Source: an uncultured Methanolobus sp. (GTDB lineage Archaea > Halobacteriota > Methanosarcinia > Methanosarcinales > Methanosarcinaceae). From it: a stretch of 64,000 bases of DNA. A model generated the notes under the pieces. It was given only the letters and a program-made list of their open reading frames with translations, was not told the DNA's origin and made no database searches. Of the stretch, positions 30,895-39,858 are shown piece after piece. A program made the position numbers and the translations under genes. Location: contig OY776215.1 in assembly GCA_963675495.1 (NCBI GenBank), forward strand, positions 576,001 to 640,000, given 5' to 3'. Numbering within the stretch: the first letter of the stretch is position 1; the number at the start of each line of letters is the position of its first letter.

Positions 30895-31980
30895 TTAATT
30901 CTTAATCTCATTCACTAATCTAGTCATAGCATGCAAATTCAAAGCTGTAGACAACGCTAGCAATCCCAGAATGAACAATAAAACCATCAGGATTGATGGG
31001 CCAAAAGGTATGTAGCTTTCAGAATTATAATGTGAAAGAACAAACCATCCATCAATCAACCCTGCAAACAACATCAACAACCCAGGAACACCAATATAGA
31101 ACAAAGGATGCTTATACTCTATCTCAGTGATAACTCCAGCAAGCACCTTCATACCATGAACCACGGGGTTATGTGTTGATGTATCTTCAATGTCATACCT
31201 GCAACTGATAGGCACCTCTTCGACCTTCAGGTCATGCTCATTGACCTGTAACAGAATCTCCGATCCAGCTGACATACCACTATTTCCAATCTTAATCTTA
31301 TTGATGGCTGAATTAGAATAAGCCCGGAAACCGCTCTGAGTATCACTGAATTTCACACCACCACCATGATTTGTGGCAACATCCAAAACCTTCATACCAA
31401 CTGTACGGTAGAATGGGATATTCTCAGCCTTATGTCCTTCTAAAAATCTAGAACCTATAGAAACATCAGCTCTGTCAGCCAAAATAGGCTCAAGAACCTT
31501 CTTGATCTCTTCTGGATTATGCTGGCCATCTGAGTCGATTATTACCATTGCCCTAGCTTTCATACCTTTAGCTGTTTCGAAGCAAGTTCGTATGGCTGCT
31601 CCATAACCTTTGTTTTCGTCGTGGTAGACTACTTTGGCTCCGCAGGCTGTGGCTATCATAGCTGTGGCATCGATGCTGCCGTCGTTGACAACTACTACCT
31701 CGTCTACGTAGGGTTTGCAACCAAGAACTGTCTTTGCTATGTATTTCTCCTCGTTGAAGGCAGGCATTGCAGCTATTACTTTGCCTGACTTTGTAATATG
31801 ATTATGATTAGAAGCTTTTGTCTTAGAAACAGAAGCAAAGATATCCGATTCTTCCGGGATGATCTCATGTTCTTCTGTGCTTGAGGATTCAGGGGAAATA
31901 TCAGAAAGATGTCCATTACCAGGAGCATCAGAAAGAGTATGCTTAGTAGGAACTTTGGAGTCTATGATTTCAGAAGACAT
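30895..31980 (-). CDS. GT2 glycosyltransferase (polyprenol-phosphate glycosyltransferase-like)
   Basis: AMPAFNEE, VNDGSID, NKGYG, DSDGQH, DTQSGFRAY, two C-terminal TM helices; start at ATG 31980 (MSSEII). Confidence 0.9.
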   Translation of the reverse strand: MSSEIIDSKVPTKHTLSDAPGNGHLSDISPESSSTEEHEIIPEESDIFASVSKTKASNHNHITKSGKVIAAMPAFNEEKYIAKTVLGCKPYVDEVVVVNDGSIDATAMIATACGAKVVYHDENKGYGAAIRTCFETAKGMKARAMVIIDSDGQHNPEEIKKVLEPILADRADVSIGSRFLEGHKAENIPFYRTVGMKVLDVATNHGGGVKFSDTQSGFRAYSNSAINKIKIGNSGMSAGSEILLQVNEHDLKVEEVPISCRYDIEDTSTHNPVVHGMKVLAGVITEIEYKHPLFYIGVPGLLMLFAGLIDGWFVLSHYNSESYIPFGPSILMVLLFILGLLALSTALNLHAMTRLVNEIKN

Positions 31981-32077
31981 AACGCACCGCCCCTGACGAA
32001 CGCTGCTTCGCGCGGGCGATAACACTACCTATGGCTATCTCCTCATTGAATGCGGGAATTACAGCTACTGTCGTCAT
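31970..32077 (-). pseudogene. 35-aa N-terminal fragment of a second GT2 gene
   Basis: MTTVAVIPAFNEEIAIGSVIARAKQRSSGAVRYVF*, with GGTGG RBS; overlaps the start of the downstream GT2. Confidence 0.7.
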
Positions 32078-32419
32078 TGATCCAACCACCACTTTCCTTT
32101 GTGCTGCGCAACCCCCGGCATTTGAAAATGCATTCGGGCGCAGACATCAATGTATATATGAGTTACATTTATCCAATATACTGCTTAAAGATTGCTTATT
32201 GGATATAAAACTTTCCAAGTCATCATGTGAATTGTTTTATAAGTGATATAAAATATAACTAGTCGCATATATTTAGCAATTGTTCGCTTGTGTGCGAATG
32301 TTTAACAGTGTGAAAATGAGAAACATCGGAAGTACACCATACTAACAGATCAATTAATTAAAAAGACTGCGCTATGGATCAACCTATAAAAGGAAAAAAA
32401 GTCTCAGCCTGCTTATCCC

Positions 32420-32602
32420 TTATACTGGGACCTGACGCTGAGGTACAGGGAAATCAGTGAGAGCGTGAATATTATTGTCAAATGAATTGGATCTTGCAGC
32501 CAGGACACGGTATTTGCCACAGTAGGTGCCGCCGCCGTTCTCAGTGCAGGTCATGGATGTAGAACTTGCGTGCTCGCACTTGTCATAGTATTTGCATTTC
32601 AT
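32420..32602 (-). CDS. Small Cys-rich hypothetical protein (60 aa)
   Basis: MKCKYYDKCEHASSTSMTCTENGGGTYCGKY...; four Cys; GAGG RBS upstream. Confidence 0.6.
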   Translation of the reverse strand: MKCKYYDKCEHASSTSMTCTENGGGTYCGKYRVLAARSNSFDNNIHALTDFPVPQRQVPV

Positions 32603-32877
32603 TTTTGTTCCTCTATATAGCCACATTATTAGTAATATGTTATATAGTTTTTTATTTATAAATTTAGATTGTGGAACAAGTGATCTTCGAGGAATTATAG
32701 GATACATCTTAGGGTATTTGTGTGCATTGGTAAGATTTTTGGAAAAATGAAGGTGGTGTGGATACTTAGATGCAATACAACCATCCGCCGCATGCGGCAC
32801 GGTCCATTGTCACTGATATAGAAAGACATATGCAGGAGCAACGCAAAGTGAAGAATCAGAATGATAAAATCCTGAGT

Positions 32878-33164
32878 TTAACAACGGTTAAATCTTTGCC
32901 TTAATTTATCGTAAATCGAAGATCTATAATCTACAGCATAAAAAATAATATTGTGCATGACATCAATATCAAACACTATTCTGTATTTCCCCACCCTATA
33001 CCTATAATATTCGAAACACTGCAATTGCTTGGTATTAGCTGTAAAAGGATCAATTAAATTATGCACTCTATTGAACGAACGATCTTTTTGACATCAGCAG
33101 GATGCTTCTTACGAATTGCTTTTAAATCTTTCTTAATTAAAAACATTCGTAAAGATACCTTCAT
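32878..33164 (-). pseudogene. RelE-family toxin, frameshifted
   Basis: MKVSL...IKKDLKAIRKKHPADVKKIVRSIE in one frame, then DPF...YRYRVGKYRIVFDID...RSSIYD in another. Confidence 0.75.
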
Positions 33165-33167
33165 ACC

Positions 33168-33347
33168 TCATTCTAATCCAAATTCATCTTTGAGCTCTTT
33201 AAGAGTACAAACATTGCCTTCTTTAAGATCTCTTTTTGCTTCCTCGATGCGTTTAATAGTCTTTGAGCTCAAAGGCATAGAGTCAACATCAGTAATTGTA
33301 GAACAAGATCTTTTCGTTTTAGAACATGGATGAGTATTTAGAACCAT
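33168..33347 (-). CDS. Putative antitoxin (59 aa); not in the ORF track
   Basis: C-terminus LSSKTIKRIEEAKRDLKEGNVCTLKELKDEFGLE typical of archaeal RelE-partner antitoxins; stop lies 3 bp before the RelE ATG. Confidence 0.65.
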   Translation of the reverse strand: MVLNTHPCSKTKRSCSTITDVDSMPLSSKTIKRIEEAKRDLKEGNVCTLKELKDEFGLE

Positions 33348-33689
33348 TTATATACAATATCTCATGCACACTTAAATAAGTAGTACCAAAAATGGCTCTT
33401 TAGAAATCTCCAATATTCGAACTTCTCAGCGGTTCGTATTTTAAGAAGGTAGCAAATTTATCTTTCCGACCTGCTAATTTAAGCTTTATTGTCGTAACAA
33501 TTATTGTTTAAACAATAATACGTAACATCTACCAGAATAGATTTACGACGTAGCTATGAACTATCAGGAATACAACGCAACCACCCCGCAAAAGGCGGCA
33601 CATTCCGACACCATAAAAGAACAGGACAAAACCGATATCCCATCAAAAATAGACCCACAAAAACATTTCCAGCTCCAAATACAAAAGAA

Positions 33690-33953
33690 TCAATATATTA
33701 CATCATGGTGATCATAATCAAGTATCATGATTGCTTTTTTATCCGCATCTATTTCATAGATCAGCACAAATGAAGAGTCAATATGTACCCTCCTTGCACC
33801 GTGCAGATCACCACGTAATGGTTTATAGTGATACGGATTCAAGATTATCTGTTGAACTTTCTTGCTGATAATATTCATCTGCTTAGGATTCTTTTTAGCA
33901 AGCTTCATGAATTTCTTATCAGCAAGCTCGGATACAACAACGCAATACTCCAT
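33690..33953 (-). CDS. RelE/StbE-family toxin
   Basis: NPYHYKPLRGDLHGARRVHIDSSFVLIY...YDHHDVIY; homolog of 10436-10699. Confidence 0.87.
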   Translation of the reverse strand: MEYCVVVSELADKKFMKLAKKNPKQMNIISKKVQQIILNPYHYKPLRGDLHGARRVHIDSSFVLIYEIDADKKAIMILDYDHHDVIY

Positions 33954-33958
33954 TATGT

Positions 33959-34177
33959 TTACCCGTAGCGTTCAGAAAAATCACTTACATGGACAAATTT
34001 ACCCTTCCTGATATTGTCAAGTTTTTCCAGGTATTCCTGACTTGCTTCCGGTTCCCTGGATATTACACTCTCCATGAACATCTGTATCTGTTTGCTCATG
34101 CTCATACCATGTGATTTACACAGGGCAGAGAACTCCTTATATGTATCTTCATCCACATTGAAAGTCTTTAATACCAT
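33959..34177 (-). CDS. Ribbon-helix-helix antitoxin
   Basis: MVLKTFNVDEDTYKEFSALCKSHGMSMSKQI RHH pattern, upstream of RelE. Confidence 0.78.
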   Translation of the reverse strand: MVLKTFNVDEDTYKEFSALCKSHGMSMSKQIQMFMESVISREPEASQEYLEKLDNIRKGKFVHVSDFSERYG

Positions 34178-34193
34178 TGAGATCACACCAATT

Positions 34194-34268
34194 ATTTAAT
34201 ATTTAATAATCTTATTTAATGTTTAATAACATTATTTAATCATATTTAATCATATTTAATCATATTTA
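34194..34268. promoter_or_regulatory. ATTTAAT iterations, including (ATTTAATCAT)x3, upstream of the RHH-RelE pair; putative autoregulatory operator
   Basis: Six ATTTAAT heptamers plus one GTTTAAT directly upstream of the antitoxin start. Confidence 0.45.
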
Positions 34269-34499
34269 CCCCCATACATATCAAGTTTTTTCAATTGATC
34301 AAAATGATATAGATCATTTAAACTTTGTAGAAAGATTCTACTTTAAATAAGCTGCAATACAACCATCCACTGCAGGCGGCACTATCCACAATTACTGCAA
34401 AAAAGAAGATATATAGCCTGCTGATCAAAGAACGATCTCCAGCATTATCAGCGTATTTTCCATAACACATAAATAGTACGGAATTAAATCATAATTATT

Positions 34500-35930
34500 A
34501 TGTTCCGTAATTTCATTAATCGTGTCCATGAACTGGAATTCCTTAACAGGGAATATAGTTCAAAAGATCTTTCTTTCACCGTCATCTACGGACGCAGGCG
34601 AGTAGGCAAAACAGAACTTATCCAGCAGTTTGTGAAAGACAAGCCCCATATCTTCTTTCTGGCGGACATGAGAGGCACACGATCCAATACCCTCAGATTC
34701 AGGAAAAAAGCTTCAGGCTTATTCGATGATATAGAACCTGCAGCAGAGGCATTTGATGATGTGTTCGAATACATAAGTAAAAAATGGAAAAGTTCCAAAA
34801 AGCTTGTCATAGTTATCGATGAGTTCTCCTATCTGGCACAGACCGATAGATCCATACCGTCAGTATTCCAGCTTATCGTTGATGAGATACTCAAAGGAGG
34901 ACATTTCCATCTGATACTCTGTGGCTCATCCATTTCCATGATGGAAAAAACAACTCTTTCCCATTCAAGTCCTCTTTATGGAAGGAGGACAGGACAGATC
35001 AAGGTCATGCCACTGAGTTTACGCCACATGACTGGTTTTTCCCCGGAATCAACACCAGAAGAGCTTTTAAAAATATATGGTGCAACTGGAGGAATTCCTT
35101 TCTACCTCAGATTCTTTGATCCTGGAAATGATCTTTATGAGAACATAGGACAACACATATTTTCCAAAGATGCAGTATTATATGCCGAAGGCGAGTTCCT
35201 TCTTCGCGAAGAATTGAGAGAGCCGGCAACTTACATGAACATCCTTTATTCCATCTCCAAAGGTAGCACAAAAGCAGGAGAGATCGCTGCTGGCGCTTTC
35301 ATTGAAACAAAGGATCTATCATACTATACAGATACTTTGATGAGGCTTGGCTTTATCAGGAAAGAGCACCCTGTTGCAGAAAAAACATCTACCCGTAAAA
35401 CGATCTACGTTATAGATGACCCTTTTCTGCGCTTCTGGTTCAGATATGTACTGATACATAGAGATTCCATAGAAGCAGGTGATAATTCGCATGCCATCCA
35501 GGACCTGGATAAGAGCTACGACCGTTACCTGGGGGAAACGTTCGAACAGGTATCCAAAGAGATCCTTACATACCTCAATTTACAGGATAAACTCCCTTTC
35601 AGGTTCAGATCCATAGGCAGACAATGGGGAAAGATACCTAATATACCAAAAGGTAAAAATGACTATGAAATTGACCTGGTGGCCCTTGATCAGGATTCAA
35701 AGAACATACTCTTCTGTGAATGCAAATGGCAGAAGCAGAAGGTCAATACAGATGTCTACTTCAACCTGAGAGAGAAAGCGTGTCATGTAAAGTGGTTCCC
35801 CGAGAGAAAAGAACACTTTGCACTTATCAGCAGATCGGGTTTCACAAAAAAGATGCATGAAATAGCAAAGCAGGAGAATGTTCTGTTACTTACCCTGCAT
35901 GATTATTTGTCCAGATCTTCTGCTGAATAA
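34500..35930 (+). CDS. Archaeal AAA ATPase with C-terminal DUF234/PD-(D/E)xK nuclease-like domain
   Basis: FINRVHEL, YGRRRVGKT Walker A, IVIDEF Walker B, LYGRRT, EIDLVA...FCECKW. Confidence 0.9.
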   Translation: MFRNFINRVHELEFLNREYSSKDLSFTVIYGRRRVGKTELIQQFVKDKPHIFFLADMRGTRSNTLRFRKKASGLFDDIEPAAEAFDDVFEYISKKWKSSKKLVIVIDEFSYLAQTDRSIPSVFQLIVDEILKGGHFHLILCGSSISMMEKTTLSHSSPLYGRRTGQIKVMPLSLRHMTGFSPESTPEELLKIYGATGGIPFYLRFFDPGNDLYENIGQHIFSKDAVLYAEGEFLLREELREPATYMNILYSISKGSTKAGEIAAGAFIETKDLSYYTDTLMRLGFIRKEHPVAEKTSTRKTIYVIDDPFLRFWFRYVLIHRDSIEAGDNSHAIQDLDKSYDRYLGETFEQVSKEILTYLNLQDKLPFRFRSIGRQWGKIPNIPKGKNDYEIDLVALDQDSKNILFCECKWQKQKVNTDVYFNLREKACHVKWFPERKEHFALISRSGFTKKMHEIAKQENVLLLTLHDYLSRSSAE

Positions 35931-35983
35931 GTTCAAGAATACAACCTCACTGCAAAGGCAACACATAAAAATAATATTGTGCA

Positions 35984-36044
35984 TTACGACTAAAAGGCGT
36001 AAGGGTAGAGAAAGCCCACGCACTTTAGTCATGGGAGCAGTCAC
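35984..36044 (+). mobile_element. Miniature IS200/IS605-type end remnant
   Basis: Two imperfect hairpins, TTACG-ACTAAAAGG-CGTAA and CCCACG-CACTTTAGT-CATGGG, ending GCAGTCAC as in IS605-family right ends. Confidence 0.5.
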
Positions 36045-36265
36045 AACCTATCAATTCATGCGTTGTTGTCATAACAATTATTGTTTAAACAATAATAAGT
36101 AACATCTACCAGAATAGATTTACGATGTATCAATGAACTATCAGGAATACAATACAACCATCCGCCGAAGGCGGCACGGTTCACAATTACTGAAAAAAGA
36201 TGAGTTATAGCCTGCTGATCAAAAAATATATATATATAAAAAATAAAAAAAATAATCAAAGGAAC

Positions 36266-36862
36266 TCAAAACATTATCTTTGCCTTTATCTGAGCTAATT
36301 CATGTTCTATTGTTGAGATCCTCTCGTCAAGATGAGACCTGAAATCATCCCTGTTCAACCGAACCTCGGATGCTATTTCTGTTCTGTTTTGGTCAATCTT
36401 TTCACCAACCACATCGATCTTATCACCCAATCCATCGATCTTCCCACTTACGACTTCGACTTTACTGCCAACCGAATCAACCCCATCACCGACCCTGTCG
36501 ATCTTCTGCCCGAGATTCGAGTTCATTTCACGCATATACCTCACAGCTGCATCCATTCGCTCATAAGTTGCTGTGGTCAGATCCTCGTCTCTGACTATCT
36601 CAAATGTACCATACTCGCCAGTTGCTTTTGTGTAGACTACATCGATATTCGTTACACGTATAGGATATTGAGTGATGTTGACTTTTTCAAGTAACTCCCT
36701 GATGCTGCCCTCTGTACCCTCACAGACAACTTGCACCGTGCCATCATCGAGATTTTTGACATATCCATTAAGAGCCAGATCAAAAGCTATTTCGTCAATG
36801 AAATCCCTGAAACCTGCTTTCTGAACTCTGCCATGTATTATGACCTCTGCACGCTTCTTCAT
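36266..36862 (-). CDS. Acylphosphatase-domain protein with C-terminal coiled-coil/heptad repeat tail
   Basis: GRVQKAGFR, GYVKNLDDGTV; tail with KIDRVGD/KVEVVSG/KIDGLGD/KIDVVGE repeats. Confidence 0.85.
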   Translation of the reverse strand: MKKRAEVIIHGRVQKAGFRDFIDEIAFDLALNGYVKNLDDGTVQVVCEGTEGSIRELLEKVNITQYPIRVTNIDVVYTKATGEYGTFEIVRDEDLTTATYERMDAAVRYMREMNSNLGQKIDRVGDGVDSVGSKVEVVSGKIDGLGDKIDVVGEKIDQNRTEIASEVRLNRDDFRSHLDERISTIEHELAQIKAKIMF

Positions 36863-37015
36863 AAGAGTTGATTTTTCCTGAAGCAATATAAACGTTATTA
36901 TCATATCTCATTAACAAGCCAGAAATAATCACAGAACTTAAACAACCACCCGCCGCAGGCTGCACACACCATCACCAAAAATGTAAAAAGAAAATCCGGA
37001 GAATAGTCTTTGCCC

Positions 37016-38275
37016 TCATTCAAGCAACCATTTCCACACAGGCCTAACACTTATTTTCCTGCCATCCATTTCAAGCGCTTCCTCCGTATCTTCCGTGAGT
37101 ATGAGACCTTCTTTCAGCCCGTACTTATCCATAGCTTCCAGAAGTCCTGCTATCTCTCTTTTTTCATTTGACCATTCCATCCTCTGAGTAACCTGTATTG
37201 CTTTTATGATATGTCCCTTCTCCATCAATATGAAATCACACTCATTCTTATCCACGTGGTAATAGATATCATGCCCCCTGTTTTTCAATTCAAGGAATAC
37301 AATGTTCTCAAGTGTTTTGCCTGTATCCTTTGAGAATTTGAAGGCAAGAACGTTCATCAGTCCTGTATCTATGATATAGGCCTTCTTCTTTGAATATATC
37401 TGCTTTTTAAGAGAGTAATCAAAAACATTGATCGTAAAGATCAGATAAGAGTTCTCCAGATGATCTATGTAATTTTTCACTGTTGTCTGGCTGCCAATTC
37501 CTAGGACGTTCTTTAACCTGTTATAGCTTATCTCAGTTCCGGGATTAGTTATCAGATAATACGCAAGGGATCTTATTGCAGTCTCGTCCTTAATACCATA
37601 TCTTGCGATAATATCCCTGTACAGGATGTTATCATAGAGGTTCCTGATTATGTCCTTATTTCCGTATTTATAATACTCTGGAATGCCGCCATTTTCAAGA
37701 TACTGACTGAATTCTTTTTTGATCCTTGCTCTCTCCTCTGTCAGATAAAACTCCTTTTCAGTTTCTATGCCTTTTGAACCCATCAGCTCTTTGAATGAGA
37801 AAGGATAGAGTTCAAGTTTCACATGTCTTCCGGTAAGCTTTGTCCCCAGCTCCCTGCTCATCAAAGAAGAATTTGAGCCGGTGATGTAGAATTTGAAACC
37901 CCGGTCATACATCCGCCGTATGAATGCTTCCCAGTTGGGTATGTTCTGTATCTCATCAAAGAAAAAGACCTTGCTCTCTTTTGATGTTTCCAGAAATGAT
38001 TCATACAGGGCATTGAAATCGCCTACTTTGAAGTCAAGCAACCTTTCATCTTCAAAATTCATGTAATATATGTTATCTTCCGGATAGTATCTTTTTTTTA
38101 TCTGTTTTAAAAGGGTGCTTTTACCCGCACGTCGCAGACCAGTGATAACCACTATATGAGGAATTTGGGAGTAACTTTCTATTTCTTCAAGCTTCTGGCG
38201 CTTTATTGTCGGCACCTCCATTTCAAACTCCTGCTTTTGCTCTGCTATAAGCTCCTTTATCTGCATAATATCCAT
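37016..38275 (-). CDS. ATP-binding protein (AAA_14 + DUF4143)
   Basis: GLRRAGKST, FFFDEIQ, TGS, LTGR, IDTGL, LENIVF, ECDF; start uncertain. Confidence 0.9.
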   Translation of the reverse strand: MDIMQIKELIAEQKQEFEMEVPTIKRQKLEEIESYSQIPHIVVITGLRRAGKSTLLKQIKKRYYPEDNIYYMNFEDERLLDFKVGDFNALYESFLETSKESKVFFFDEIQNIPNWEAFIRRMYDRGFKFYITGSNSSLMSRELGTKLTGRHVKLELYPFSFKELMGSKGIETEKEFYLTEERARIKKEFSQYLENGGIPEYYKYGNKDIIRNLYDNILYRDIIARYGIKDETAIRSLAYYLITNPGTEISYNRLKNVLGIGSQTTVKNYIDHLENSYLIFTINVFDYSLKKQIYSKKKAYIIDTGLMNVLAFKFSKDTGKTLENIVFLELKNRGHDIYYHVDKNECDFILMEKGHIIKAIQVTQRMEWSNEKREIAGLLEAMDKYGLKEGLILTEDTEEALEMDGRKISVRPVWKWLLE

Positions 38276-38577
38276 AAATTGCATTCTGTGATGAATGCAT
38301 ATATATATTTCCATTTAAAATGGAGATTATTACTCACAAATTGTCATTGATAATGGAGATTATAGCAATGATATCTCCATTTAAAATAGAGACATTGCAC
38401 TCCAAAGTACATTATACGAAAAGTCTATGAACGCATATCGACCAAAACCATCCCGCTGCAGGCGGCACAGTCCATCAATACTGTTGTAACAAGAATGTAT
38501 AGATATTCTCTAGGCAATGTTGCAAAGAAAAAAGAACATAAACACATGTGATCAGTTATGATCTTTATTGCATCCAT

Positions 38578-39858
38578 TCACTCAAGCAGCCATTTCCACA
38601 CAGGCCTCACGAAGATCTTCCTTCCATCCCTTTCGATCATATCTTCAGTATCCTTTGTAAGTATGAGACCTTCCTCCAGATCATAGGTCTGCATTGCTTC
38701 ACGTAAACCTTCGACCTCACGTTTTTTGTTGTCCAGGTTCAGCTCCTTTGTCACCTGAATAGCATTGGTTATTTTATTATCTGCTTTTATCAGAAAATCG
38801 CACTCATATGTACCTTTATGGTAGTAAACTTCGTTCTGTCTTCTTATAAGCTCTATAAAGATCAGGTTTTCAAGCAGTCTGCCGTAGTTCTCTGAGAACT
38901 TGAAAGACACTGCATTTATCATACCAGTATCAAGGCAGTATATCTTCTTTGGATTTGCAAGTTGTTTCCTGAGAGAATAATCAAATTTTTTGATGGAATA
39001 TAATAAGTATGAGTCTTCTGCGTAGCTCAGGTACTCTTTTACCGTATCTGCAGATATTTCCAAGACATTTGCTATGCTGTTGTAAGAAAAAGGCTTGCCA
39101 ACATTTGAAATAATGAAGTATAGCAAGTTTATTACATCCCTGTTATTCCTCAGTTTATGTGGAAAGATTATGTCTTTCAGGTATATGGTCTCATAATAAT
39201 TTTTTAAAAGCTCTTCTTTGATGTCATTGTCCCCTTCAAGAGAGATCCGGGGGAAAGAACCATGCTTGAGATATTCCTCGAACTCCAGTTTTTTCTCACC
39301 GGATGTCAGCCTTTTGAGTCCTTTGAAATCCAGATATTCTTTAAAGGTTAGTGGAAAGACCGTTACTGCAAGGTATCTTCCTGAAAGACGTGTGATGGTC
39401 TTCTTTTTAAGTAGGGATGATGTGGAACCCGTCAATACAAATTTCAGGCGCTTGTCAGTATCGTATAATATTTTCAGTGTCTGCGTCCAGTACCTGAAGT
39501 TCTGGACCTCATCAAGAAAAATGTAGTATCTTTCTTTTTTCGTTGCCGCGATATGATCTTCAATGATACCCGAAAGAAGAACGGCACTCTCTGACCTGCT
39601 CTGGAACACCGGTTCATCAAGGTTTATGTAAAGTACCGACATGGCCTCGTTTTCAGGCAGTTCAAGACTGCTGATAAGCTGGTATATGAGAGTTGACTTG
39701 CCCGTCCTTCTTGCACCAAGTATTAGCAGTATCTCTTCCGTACCCATATATTTGGCTAAACGTGGATAATAATGAAGACGAGGTATACTCGTACTGTAAC
39801 TTTTTCCGAACCACCCCGGATTCTGCTTTTCCAGCACTTCTTCGATCAGTTGTTCCAT
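38578..39858 (-). CDS. ATP-binding protein (AAA_14 + DUF4143)
   Basis: GARRTGKST, IFLDEVQ, LSGR, LDTGM, LENLIF, ECDF; paralog of 37016-38275 (both end RPVWKWLLE). Confidence 0.9.
   Translation of the reverse strand: MEQLIEEVLEKQNPGWFGKSYSTSIPRLHYYPRLAKYMGTEEILLILGARRTGKSTLIYQLISSLELPENEAMSVLYINLDEPVFQSRSESAVLLSGIIEDHIAATKKERYYIFLDEVQNFRYWTQTLKILYDTDKRLKFVLTGSTSSLLKKKTITRLSGRYLAVTVFPLTFKEYLDFKGLKRLTSGEKKLEFEEYLKHGSFPRISLEGDNDIKEELLKNYYETIYLKDIIFPHKLRNNRDVINLLYFIISNVGKPFSYNSIANVLEISADTVKEYLSYAEDSYLLYSIKKFDYSLRKQLANPKKIYCLDTGMINAVSFKFSENYGRLLENLIFIELIRRQNEVYYHKGTYECDFLIKADNKITNAIQVTKELNLDNKKREVEGLREAMQTYDLEEGLILTKDTEDMIERDGRKIFVRPVWKWLLE

Noticed and set aside
32526-32540. GTGCCGCCGCCG partial match to the motif (also ATGCCGCC at ~37683)
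   Set aside because: Lies inside coding sequence (Gly-Gly codons on the minus strand) and lacks the GGCG-ATGGTTG half
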